This document shows positions 39,332 through 48,050 of a stretch of 64,000 nt of DNA, in pieces. The translations under genes were made by a program, and so were the position numbers. Each line of letters begins with the position of its first letter. Position 1 is the first letter of the stretch. Below the pieces are notes generated by a model, which was given only the letters and a program-made list of their open reading frames with translations, was not told the DNA's origin and ran no database searches. This DNA comes from an uncultured delta proteobacterium (GTDB lineage Bacteria > Desulfobacterota > Desulfobacteria > Desulfobacterales > JAHEIW01): NCBI GenBank assembly GCA_963706575.1, contig CAVPNL010000003.1:224001-288000 (forward strand). The letters are read 5' to 3'.

Positions 39332-40726
39332 CTAACCCCTCTGAGCCGCCGCTTCGGCCTGAGATTCCTCAAGCTCTTGTTGGTATTCTTTTAATTTATT
39401 TCGCAGCGTCCGTATGCTAATGCCGAGAAGCTCGGCGGCATGGGTGCGATTATCATTAACCTCTTCCAGGGTTTTCGTAATCAACTGTCTCTCCATCTCC
39501 TTAACGGTCATGCCAGCCTGCATCGAAATCGCCGAATGGGACCGGCTAGCGGCGCCCGCTGTATCTAAAAAGAGGTGCTCAGGCAGCAACTCAGGACCGC
39601 CGCTAATAAGCACAGCCCGCTCAATTGAATTTTCCAGTTCTCTGATATTGCCCTTCCACTCGTTATTTACGAGCTGTGTCAGCGCTGTATCGGAGATTTT
39701 TTTCTTGTCCTGGTTGTTTAAGTGACAGTATTTTTCCAGAAAATGCTCAACCAGTAGTGGAATATCCCCCTGGCGCTCCCTTAACGGCGGTATGGTAAAG
39801 GGAACCACATTGATGCGGTAATACAGATCTTCGCGAAATTTATTCTCAGATACCGCTTTTTTCAGATCGATATTACTGATGGCCACCACACGGGCATGCA
39901 TCGGAACCGATCGGCTGCCACCCACCCGATCAACTTCCCGTTCCTGCAACACCCGCAGCAGCTTGGCCTGCAGCGGTGGGCTCATTTCACTGATCTCATC
40001 CAGTACCACCGTACCGTGCTTTGCCAGTTCGAATTTGCCCATTTTGCGGCTAACCGCCCCGGTGAATGCGCCTTTTTCATGACCAAAAAGCTCACTTTCA
40101 GCCAGCGTATCAGGCAGCGCCGCACAATTGACCGCCACATAGGGTTCGTCCTTAAAGCCGCTGTGCTCATGGATATAGGCTGCCAGCAACTCTTTGCCGG
40201 TACCGCTTTGGCCCTGAATCAGAACCGTCGAGCGGCTGGTGGCAACACTCTTGGCCAACTTTAAAATATCCAATAACTTGGGGTCCTGGGTGACCAGGGT
40301 TTTGATCGTCGGTTGAGCCGTTGCGTTCTGTTTTGAATGACGATGATCACCGTTGCCGTCAATGCTTCCAAGCACTCTCTTTACTGTGGATCCCAGGGTT
40401 TCAAATGAAAACGGCTTCAAAAGATAATCTGCAGCGCCGGCCTGCATGGCCTCGACAGCATTGTGAATCGACCCATAGGCCGTAATCACAATAACCGGAA
40501 TCTCAGGTGCTATTTTTTTTACGGCCCCTAATACTTCCATACCCGACATTTCCGGCATCTTTAAATCCGTTATCACCAGGCTGACCGGCTCTTTTTTAAT
40601 TTTTAAAAGCGCTTTGGTGCCATTGGCAGCACTTTCAACGGCAAAGCCGTCTCTAGTTAACGCATGCGAAAGCGCGCTTCGCATCTCGGATTCGTCATCA
40701 ACGACCAATATCGGCGCAAGGCCCAT
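39332..40726 (-). CDS. NtrC-family sigma54 response regulator (FleR/FlrC/FlgR-like)
   Basis: REC domain (VVDDE, TDLKMP, LLKPF); AAA+ with GQSGTGKE and GAFTGA; Fis-type HTH (LGISIRTLRNKL). Confidence 0.93.
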   Translation of the reverse strand: MGLAPILVVDDESEMRSALSHALTRDGFAVESAANGTKALLKIKKEPVSLVITDLKMPEMSGMEVLGAVKKIAPEIPVIVITAYGSIHNAVEAMQAGAADYLLKPFSFETLGSTVKRVLGSIDGNGDHRHSKQNATAQPTIKTLVTQDPKLLDILKLAKSVATSRSTVLIQGQSGTGKELLAAYIHEHSGFKDEPYVAVNCAALPDTLAESELFGHEKGAFTGAVSRKMGKFELAKHGTVVLDEISEMSPPLQAKLLRVLQEREVDRVGGSRSVPMHARVVAISNIDLKKAVSENKFREDLYYRINVVPFTIPPLRERQGDIPLLVEHFLEKYCHLNNQDKKKISDTALTQLVNNEWKGNIRELENSIERAVLISGGPELLPEHLFLDTAGAASRSHSAISMQAGMTVKEMERQLITKTLEEVNDNRTHAAELLGISIRTLRNKLKEYQQELEESQAEAAAQRG

Positions 40727-40778
40727 TTCAAATAACCCCGTCTAAAATTTGAAATCGCGTGTTCGCGTATTCATGTAT

Positions 40779-41903
40779 TCATCCTTGCGGATGTCCTTCC
40801 CACAACGGCAGGGATACGATACATTGGGTGCCTTCGGCCGTACGACTGTTAATATCAATACTGCCGCCATGCATTTTGATGATATTATGCGCGATGGTCA
40901 GACCCAGGCCGGTACCTTTTTTACGGGTGGTAAAGAAAGGATCAAAAATTTTTTGAAGATCCATTCGCGCAATCCCGCATCCGGTATCGGAAAGATGCAC
41001 CTCAGCCCAATCCGTACCCTGTTGGCCATTTATTTTGTGGCTTGAAATACGCAGTTGCCCGCCGGCGGACATAGCCTGAATGGCGTTTAATATCAGATTT
41101 AAAAACACCTGTTTGAGCAGCTCCAGATCTCCCTGGACAAAAAGATTTTCATCGGACATATCGGTGACCACTTCAATGCCGTCATGGGCATCAAATATAT
41201 GCCCGGCAAAAAACAAGGAATCTTTCAACGCTTCGTGAATATCGAGCACCTGTTGGTCCAGTTGCTGGTCAGGCCGCACAAAGAGCAGCAGATTGGAAAC
41301 GATATTGTTAATGCTTTTCACCCCCGAGGAAATGTGTTCCGCCAGAGCCTTCAGGTCCTCATATTCTTTCAGATCATCCATTAGCATGGTTGCAAAAAGC
41401 TCGATGCTGCCCAGTGGATTTCGAATCTCATGGGCGATTCTGACGGCCATCTCGCCCATGGCCGTCAGGCGCCCGGTGCGATTCGCCTGGATCTCCAAAT
41501 TTTGCATCCGGGTGACATCATTCAAGGATAGAACGGTTCCAATTTTTCCTTCCGCCCGGGTCGTCACAGGGGAAATCGCAATGTTCAGGTGCAAATTGCT
41601 CCTTTGGTTGTGAGACAACATTGTATTAATTTCAGTTGTTTTTTCGATTCTAAGGATATCTTTGAAATTATTTCCCGAATTTTGAAAATAATCCGGTTTA
41701 AAGACCCCGTCGAAGGTCTCGCCCAGGACCCGTTCTGCCATAAAACCGGTGATCCGCTCGGCGGTCCGGTTAAAGATGACAATCCGGCCTTGATTATCGA
41801 GCGCAATGATACCCGATGGGATGCTTTCAAGAATATGAGGAAGATAGCTATTTAGGGCCGCTGCGTTCGCTGAATCTGTATTCAATTGGGAAACCGTTGC
41901 CAT
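40779..41903 (-). CDS. cytoplasmic PAS histidine kinase (FleS/FlrB/FlgS-like)
   Basis: PAS domain (FNRTAERITG); H-box AHEIRNPL; NLILNAIQAM; DTGCGI; GTGLGL. No TM segment. Confidence 0.92.
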   Translation of the reverse strand: MATVSQLNTDSANAAALNSYLPHILESIPSGIIALDNQGRIVIFNRTAERITGFMAERVLGETFDGVFKPDYFQNSGNNFKDILRIEKTTEINTMLSHNQRSNLHLNIAISPVTTRAEGKIGTVLSLNDVTRMQNLEIQANRTGRLTAMGEMAVRIAHEIRNPLGSIELFATMLMDDLKEYEDLKALAEHISSGVKSINNIVSNLLLFVRPDQQLDQQVLDIHEALKDSLFFAGHIFDAHDGIEVVTDMSDENLFVQGDLELLKQVFLNLILNAIQAMSAGGQLRISSHKINGQQGTDWAEVHLSDTGCGIARMDLQKIFDPFFTTRKKGTGLGLTIAHNIIKMHGGSIDINSRTAEGTQCIVSLPLWEGHPQG

Positions 41904-42012
41904 ACCTATAAAGACGTAATTTTATATTTAACAGTTTGTTATTGTTTAATATTTTAACTTTCATGGCCCGAGCTGTTTTTGGTCTGAAAGATGGTTTTAC
42001 GCGCATGAATTG

Positions 42013-42028
42013 AGCAAATATCATGCCA
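42013..42028 (-). promoter_or_regulatory. sigma54 promoter for the kinase/regulator pair
   Basis: TGGCATGATATTTGCT. Confidence 0.82.
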
Positions 42029-42500
42029 CTGGAACTCGGTCACCCGATCACCATGGAGTGCAGGGGAAGCGAATTTGTTCGCTGGAATCATTTTCATTTT
42101 TATCCTGGGTTTTCCGGGTGATGAAACAAGGTGTAACCATATGAAATGATGTTTAAATCTTAGTTATTTGCCACTCTTTCACGGTAAAAAATGCTGTCAA
42201 CTCAAGCTGGTCTGAATTCTAAAAAAATAAAATTTTATCTAATTTCAGCTACTTCGAGAACAGGCTGGTTTTAAATTCTGTCAATTTTTCAAAGTTTCCA
42301 TGTCACTGCTTTGACGCTGTGAAACCGGTAATAATTGAAGTTGAAAAATCGCTGGTAGGATCAAATCGGCAGAGCCGGAAAAAAAAGAAATGATTCGTAC
42401 ATTAAAATAGCTGGCGTTCTCAGGGGGAGCCTGCAGGTTCGGCGATCATTTTTATCGAAAAAGAGACGATTTTGCGAAAGACCGTGTTAGCGCGATCGAT

Positions 42501-42546
42501 TAGAAGTGGTTTCAAAACCTGATCTGAGTCTTTGAAGCCACTTCAA
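42501..42546. mobile_element. internally deleted copy of the MITE-like element
   Basis: TAGAAGTGGTTTCAAAACC joined directly to TGATCTG...TTTGAAGCCACTTC. Confidence 0.7.
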
Positions 42547-42568
42547 GTAAAAGTGGGAACCGACATCT

Positions 42569-43630
42569 TCAGGCAGAGCATTGCTGAATCCGATGCCGTT
42601 TGATTTTTTCCACCAGGGTCGTTCGATTTAATTGAAGCAGCTTGGCAGCCTTATTTTTTACCCATTTGGTCTTTTCCAGTGACTGAAGAATCAAATCTTT
42701 TTCAAACTCGGTAACAGCACTGTTCAAGCAAATACCATCATCTGAAATTTCAATTGATTGGGTTGCGGTATAGCCATTGGCTGCCTTTAGCTCTTTAGGC
42801 AGATCATTGGCAGAAATTTTGCCGGAACCGATGAGAACCACCAGTCTCTCGACAACATTGCGCAGCTCCCTGACATTTCCGGGCCAGGAGTAGCTGAGCA
42901 TGACCTGCAACGCGCCCTCGGAGATGCCCTCGATCCGTCTATTATTATTATGATTCGACATTTGCATGAAATAAGATGTCAGATAAGGGATGTCTGATTT
43001 GCGATCCCGCAAGGCGGGAAGCCCAATGGGAATGACGTACAGGCGATAAAACAGATCTTCCCGAAAATTGCCATTTTTGACCTCTTCTGGCAGATCACGA
43101 TGGGTTGCGGCAATGACTCTCACATCAACTTTGATCGTCTTGGCTCCTCCAACCTGTTCAAACTCGCCCTCTTCCAATACTTTTAGGACTTTGACCTGCA
43201 GATCAGGGCTCATGTCGCCGATTTCATCTAAAAATATGGTTCCCCCGTGGGCCAGTTCGAATTTGCCCGATTTAGAAACCGTGGCACCGGTAAAGGCTCC
43301 CCGAACATGCCCGAACAATTCACTTTCGAGCAAATTTTCAGGAATTGCCCCGCAATTAATTGAAATAAAAGGTTTACTCTTTCGGTTGGAGTATTGGTGA
43401 ATCGCCTTGGCCACCAAACCTTTACCGGTGCCGGTTTCACCTGTGATCAGGATGGTGGTGTCGCAGTCGGCCACTTTTTCGACCAGATTGAAAACCTCTT
43501 GCATTTTTGGACTGCGGCCGATGATGGCATTGGCTTGTTTTTCATTGTTCAGATTTGCCAGAACAAGAGAATTTTGCGTAAATAGATCGGAATCTTTCGT
43601 TAAGGTTTTACTGACGGCCAAATTTTGCAC
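42569..43630 (-). CDS. sigma54 enhancer-binding protein lacking an N-terminal regulatory domain (FleQ/FlrA-like position)
   Basis: Only ~35 aa precede the AAA+ domain ([22 protein letters not shown]); [24 protein letters not shown] before a GTG start. Confidence 0.9.
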   Translation of the reverse strand: MQNLAVSKTLTKDSDLFTQNSLVLANLNNEKQANAIIGRSPKMQEVFNLVEKVADCDTTILITGETGTGKGLVAKAIHQYSNRKSKPFISINCGAIPENLLESELFGHVRGAFTGATVSKSGKFELAHGGTIFLDEIGDMSPDLQVKVLKVLEEGEFEQVGGAKTIKVDVRVIAATHRDLPEEVKNGNFREDLFYRLYVIPIGLPALRDRKSDIPYLTSYFMQMSNHNNNRRIEGISEGALQVMLSYSWPGNVRELRNVVERLVVLIGSGKISANDLPKELKAANGYTATQSIEISDDGICLNSAVTEFEKDLILQSLEKTKWVKNKAAKLLQLNRTTLVEKIKRHRIQQCSA

Positions 43631-43751
43631 CTTCTCCTCCTTATCGCGAATTGAAAAAGCAATTCATAACTTTATCGGGAATGTTGCGTATGGTATCAGG
43701 CATTTGAGTAGATAGCTCGTTAGAGAAGCGAAAACGGACGAAGTATCTTTT

Positions 43752-43767
43752 AGCAATATCCATGCCG
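43752..43767 (-). promoter_or_regulatory. sigma54 promoter for the enhancer-binding protein gene
   Basis: CGGCATGGATATTGCT. Confidence 0.7.
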
Positions 43768-44262
43768 TCATCATTGGGGGATCCACCTTCAGGAGAACTG
43801 CTGAATTTCAATCTCAAGCGGTCAGAAAATCATTGTCAATATGAGGTAATGTGAAAATTATGTGGCACTATATTTTGTGGAGATGGCCCGCACGGATAAA
43901 TTTGAGGGACAGCAAAAAATTAGTAGAGAATCATCATACGGTGAATTTTACGGTCTAAGATTATATTAAATAATTGATTTTTTATTGCAATTTGCAAAAA
44001 AACCATGGTTGCGGTTTGCTAAATCGAATAAAAGAGAAGTTTCCACTTTGCTTCACCCGAACCGGGTACTCGATCGGTTGCTAAGGGGTCTGCTGAGGTG
44101 ATAACCGAAAATTTAATAATATGAATAATATCATATTATTGAACAAAATTCCGGCATTAAGATCCCGGCTGCAGGACGGGTTTGATGAACCGCAACCTCG
44201 GCAGAATTAAAACTCAAATTTTTGCAATTTGCAAAATTATGACACGATGGGATTATAAGGAT

Positions 44263-45120
44263 TTACGGCGTATAGGTGATAAAAAGGCTGATTTCATCAA
44301 ATTCCCGGCTTATCTCCGCCAGTATCGACTCCATCGCCTCGGGTTTAACCCGCAAACTGTCCCAGGCTGCTTTATCCAGTGCGGGCATTTTATTATCGCC
44401 GCCGTAGCCGAAATTTAGCGATCGACAGAGGATATCAGCCAGGTGAACAATCGCGGCTTCAAGCGCGAATCGCCCCGCTTCGCTGGGTTGGTGATGATGC
44501 AAGATGACACTGACCAGCTTCGGGGGCAGATTCCATTTTTCAGCCAGCAATTTACCCACCAGCGGGTGACTGTATCCCAGAATTTTTTCCTCGGCTGCTA
44601 TCATCAAAATATTTTGGTCTTTGACCAGATGATTAATTTCCTTAAATGCCTGCTGCAGAAAAATCATTTCCACTATTTTGCCGATATCATGTAAAAGACC
44701 GGATACAAACAGCTCTTCAACCTTGTCATAACGCAGGTAATTACCGATGACTTTGGCTCCCACGGCACAACCCAGGGAATGGTCCCAGAATTGTTCCTGT
44801 CTGATCAGGCTGGTTTTCCTGCGATTTGAAAACAGGTCAAACACCGAAGTGGTTAAAAGCAGGTTGCGGATGGCGTCAAAGCCCAGCAGCACGATAGCAC
44901 CGGTGATGGTTGAGATTCGCTGGGGAAACCCATAAAAAGATGAATTGACCAGCTTCAGAAGTCTGGCAGCCAGTACCTGGTCATCGGTGATCACCCGGGC
45001 CAGATCACGGGCGGAGGACTTGGGGTCGTTTACGAGCTCCGTAATCCTTAATACCGTTCTTGGAAGCGTCGGCAGATCATCTACCCGGGATATGATTCGG
45101 TCTAAATCAGATGGGTTCAT
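44263..45120 (-). CDS. HDOD domain protein
   Basis: LPTLP; DQVLAARLLKLVNSSFYG; FWDHS; LLHDIGK; HHH. Confidence 0.92.
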   Translation of the reverse strand: MNPSDLDRIISRVDDLPTLPRTVLRITELVNDPKSSARDLARVITDDQVLAARLLKLVNSSFYGFPQRISTITGAIVLLGFDAIRNLLLTTSVFDLFSNRRKTSLIRQEQFWDHSLGCAVGAKVIGNYLRYDKVEELFVSGLLHDIGKIVEMIFLQQAFKEINHLVKDQNILMIAAEEKILGYSHPLVGKLLAEKWNLPPKLVSVILHHHQPSEAGRFALEAAIVHLADILCRSLNFGYGGDNKMPALDKAAWDSLRVKPEAMESILAEISREFDEISLFITYTP

Positions 45121-45457
45121 TTTCCTGTTTCGGGTCGCTTAATCTTTTGTGCAGCTGCCGGCCGGCCGCTTTCATAATCTCCTGCATGATGGGGTCCTCA
45201 ATGACATCTGCAAATTTGGCTTTCAATTCCTTTTCGATGGTATCTTTGTTCTCTAATTCGGCCTCGAAATCGGTTCGGTTATCTTCTAGCGGTTTGCCCT
45301 TGATGCTGACCTGATCGATTCCCCAGGTCTTGATCATCCAGATTCGCTTTTTTGTTAGAGCGCTATCCTTCTCCAGCAACAGTAAATCCTGCTGATTGTA
45401 CACCGATCGGGCCAAAATCATGCCCGGCTTTAATTCATCTATTTTTAAACGAATCAT
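45107..45457 (-). CDS. small protein resembling the N-terminal domain of HD-GYP proteins
   Basis: MIRLKIDELKPGMILARSVY...LLL...LT...WGI; overlaps the HDOD start. The longer track ORF runs through a MITE and is not credible. Confidence 0.7.
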   Translation of the reverse strand: MIRLKIDELKPGMILARSVYNQQDLLLLEKDSALTKKRIWMIKTWGIDQVSIKGKPLEDNRTDFEAELENKDTIEKELKAKFADVIEDPIMQEIMKAAGRQLHKRLSDPKQENEPI

Positions 45458-45570
45458 AAAATCTTCAGTCCAGCTTAATATGCAAATCTTAATAAAGGTA
45501 GTTGCATACACCACCACACCGCCAATTACAATGTTCTCGAAAACCGAATGCGACTGTACGGTGTTTTTAT

Positions 45571-45717
45571 TAGAAGTGGTTTCAAAACCCCATCTAAGGC
45601 CCAAGGCCTGCGTTGCAAGCCTCCGATAAATGCTCACATACCCATGTATGCTGCGCTTTCTCGATGGGCTTGACGCCTTGTCCTTGAACCTGATCTGGAA
45701 TTTTGAAACCACTTCTA
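45571..45717. mobile_element. MITE-like element, copy 2 (147 bp, inverted relative to copy 1)
   Basis: Perfect 17-bp TIRs TAGAAGTGGTTTCAAAA/TTTTGAAACCACTTCTA. Confidence 0.8.
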
Positions 45718-45814
45718 AAAAATAATTTTAATTCAATTGTTTATGACTTTCAAGTCGATAATTTCAAATGATTCTTTTCATGAATGTAACGATTTTCCAA
45801 TCATTTAAAAATAC

Positions 45815-45841
45815 TAAAGAAAAAAGCACAACCGCCGATAA
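45815..45841 (+). promoter_or_regulatory. sigma28 promoter P1 of flagellin
   Basis: TAAA-N15-GCCGATAA, a perfect match. Confidence 0.88.
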
Positions 45842-45926
45842 CAGCGTACAATCACGAAAAACCACCTGGAATTAACGATCATAAATCAAGGGCGCCCCGG
45901 TTGGAGCGCCGCAATGCAGAAAACAC

Positions 45927-45953
45927 TAAAGTATTTTGGAATAATTCCGATAA
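45927..45953 (+). promoter_or_regulatory. sigma28 promoter P2 of flagellin
   Basis: TAAAGTAT-N11-TCCGATAA. Confidence 0.82.
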
Positions 45954-46106
45954 CAACATCGTAGCCGAAAAAAATATGGTCTGAAAGGAGGCGGGGTGAG
46001 TACTTCGAGACCAGATACGGCAACCACGAACGAAGAATTTAGCGGTATTTTAATAACCCGATTGGCAGAAACGCCAAAATAAACACCTAGGAAAGGAAAC
46101 CTTATC

Positions 46107-46959
46107 ATGGCACTAAGTACAATAAGCTTAACTCCCGGCATGCGGGCCAATCTATTCAGCCTGCAGCAAACGTCCAAGGATTTTGAGATTGTCCAGAAAC
46201 GTTTATCCACCGGCCTGAGAATCAACAGCGCCCTGGATGATCCCATCAACTTTTTCACCGCTCAGGAACACCGGTTGCGGGCAAGTGACCTGGCGGCACG
46301 CAAAGACGGCATGTCTGAAGCCATTCAGACAATCAAAGCCGGCAACGTCGGTGTTGAAAACATCAACAGCCTGATTGCCCAGGCCAAATCGCTGGCTCAA
46401 TCGGCCCTGTCCGCCACATCAACGGATGCCATAACTTTTCGCAGTCAGTATAATACGGTTCTGAACCAGATCAGCCAGATGGCGGCGGATTCCGGTTACA
46501 AGGGCATCAACCTGCTTCAAAGTGCCGAACTAACAATCGAGTTCGCATCAGAAGCTGGCAAATCGACTTTGAAGCTGACCGGTTTCGGAGACACATCTAC
46601 AACTTTCAATATTAATGGTTTGGATACTGAAATGAGCGCTATGGGTTCTGCTTGGATTTCCGGTACGACAATTGATGCGACCGAATATTCAAAATTCCAT
46701 CGACAATCTTGAAACAGCGCGGGGCGAGCTCAGAGTTAGAAGTAAAACGCTGTCCAGCAGTCTGTCAATCATTACGGCGCGCGAAGAGTTCACTGCGCAG
46801 ATGATTAATACGCTGGGCGACGGTGCCTCCAAGCTGACGGAAGCCGATATGAATGAGGAAGGCGCCAACATGCTGATGCTGCAAACGCGTCAGGCACTGG
46901 GTACAACCTCATTAAGTCTGGCCTCTCAGGCAGCTCAAGGGGTTTTGAGACTGTTCTAA
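46107..46959 (+). CDS. fliC: flagellin, Alphaproteobacteria-like type (~283 aa), +1 frameshift near 46683
   Basis: RLSTGLRINSALDDPINFFTA; DSGYKGINLL; C-terminal ADMNEEGANMLMLQTRQALG...VLRLF. Confidence 0.92.
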
Positions 46960-46970
46960 GCGAAATGGAT

Positions 46971-46998
46971 TCAGGAGGGGGAGCAATCCCCCTCCTGA
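46971..46998 (+). promoter_or_regulatory. GNRA-capped hairpin after flagellin (no U-tract)
   Basis: TCAGGAGGGGGA-GCAA-TCCCCCTCCTGA, 12-bp stem. Confidence 0.7.
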
Positions 46999-47119
46999 TC
47001 TGACTGACCTGATATCCGAATCTTTATATTCTACAAATGATTCAGCCTGATTTGATACCAGCACAAAGATTCGCTCATGATTGATCAACCAGCGGTTTGA
47101 AAGCGGTGCTGATTAGCGG

Positions 47120-47554
47120 GTGGCAAAAAAAATGGCCCTAAAAATCACATTAAAACCAAATGAAAAAATGATCGTCAGCGGCGCCGTGGTTACCAACGGT
47201 AATACCAAAAACACCGATTTGATCATTGAAAACAATGTGCCGGTTCTACGCCAGAAAGATATTTTGAGTGAAGCGGATGCGACATCGCCCTGCAGCCGAA
47301 TCTATTTTATCATTCAACTCATGTACATCGATGAAGATAATCTAACTGATCACCAACCCATCTATTGGAAATTGGTTCGCGATTTGCTGGATGCAGCCCC
47401 CAGGTTAGCCGGACACATCAATCAGATTAACGAAAATATCCTGGGGGGCAACTTCTACCGGGCCTTAAAACTCGCCGGCGAATTAATCGATTATGAACAG
47501 GAGGTTCTTAAACATGTACGCGAATACACAGACCCAATCGCTCAAAACATATGA
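47120..47554 (+). CDS. flbT: FlbT-family flagellin translational regulator (alternative start 47132)
   Basis: MALKITLKPNEKMIVSGAVVTNG...VLRQKDIL...ATSPCSRIYFIIQLMY...FYRALK...LIDYE. Confidence 0.9.
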   Translation: MAKKMALKITLKPNEKMIVSGAVVTNGNTKNTDLIIENNVPVLRQKDILSEADATSPCSRIYFIIQLMYIDEDNLTDHQPIYWKLVRDLLDAAPRLAGHINQINENILGGNFYRALKLAGELIDYEQEVLKHVREYTDPIAQNI

Positions 47555-47900
47555 AAGCGTCGACAAAGCCACCCAGTCCGGCCGCGAAATCGAAGCGGCT
47601 GTGCTTACCAAAGCAGCCGTTAAGCTCAAAGAATGCCAGGACGGCTGGGATGCGCCGGATCGGGATAACAGATTAGAGGAAGCGCTGAAATACAACCAGC
47701 GGATCTGGAGTATCTTTCAAAGTGAACTGTCGCGCGAGGATCACGAGCTGCCCAAGAAATTACGTCTGGACATTCTGCGATTGGCGGCATTTATCGATCG
47801 GCGAATTTTCGAAACCATGGCATCACCGGCACCGGACAAACTCAATATCGTCATCGATATAAATAACAATCTGGCCTCCGGCTTGAGAGGTTCACCCTGA
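47514..47900 (+). CDS. flaF: FlaF-family flagellin regulator/chaperone
   Basis: SGREIEAAVL...EALKYNQRIWSIFQ...LPKKLR...IDINNNLASGL. GGAGG RBS before ATG 47514. Confidence 0.9.
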   Translation: MYANTQTQSLKTYESVDKATQSGREIEAAVLTKAAVKLKECQDGWDAPDRDNRLEEALKYNQRIWSIFQSELSREDHELPKKLRLDILRLAAFIDRRIFETMASPAPDKLNIVIDINNNLASGLRGSP

Positions 47901-47975
47901 GACGTCTCGGGTGGCATCATCTTAAAAAATTGCCTGTCGGCTTGCCTCCGCATGACCAAAACTCGATATAATAAT

Positions 47976-48006
47976 AAAAAAAGGTCTCGATTAGAGAGAC
48001 CTTTTT
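47976..48006. terminator. bidirectional intrinsic terminator
   Basis: AAAAAGGTCTC-N7-GAGACCTTTTT between convergent genes. Confidence 0.8.
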
Positions 48007-48050
48007 CATTTTAGATTTAAGCGTTAATGTCTTTAGCGCAATCTGCGTGT

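Noticed and set aside
43672..43698. Possible sigma28 promoter before the activator gene (CCCGATAA on the minus strand)
   Set aside because: No TAAA-like -35 element at the required spacing.
45458..45712. N-terminal extension of the 201-aa track ORF 45107-45712
   Set aside because: It reads through the MITE-like element; the recognisable domain starts at ATG 45457.
25100..46959. Calling motA, motB, flgE, fliH and flagellin pseudogenes
   Set aside because: Uniform +1 insertions in otherwise intact proteins and promoters point to sequencing error; this cannot be settled without reads.
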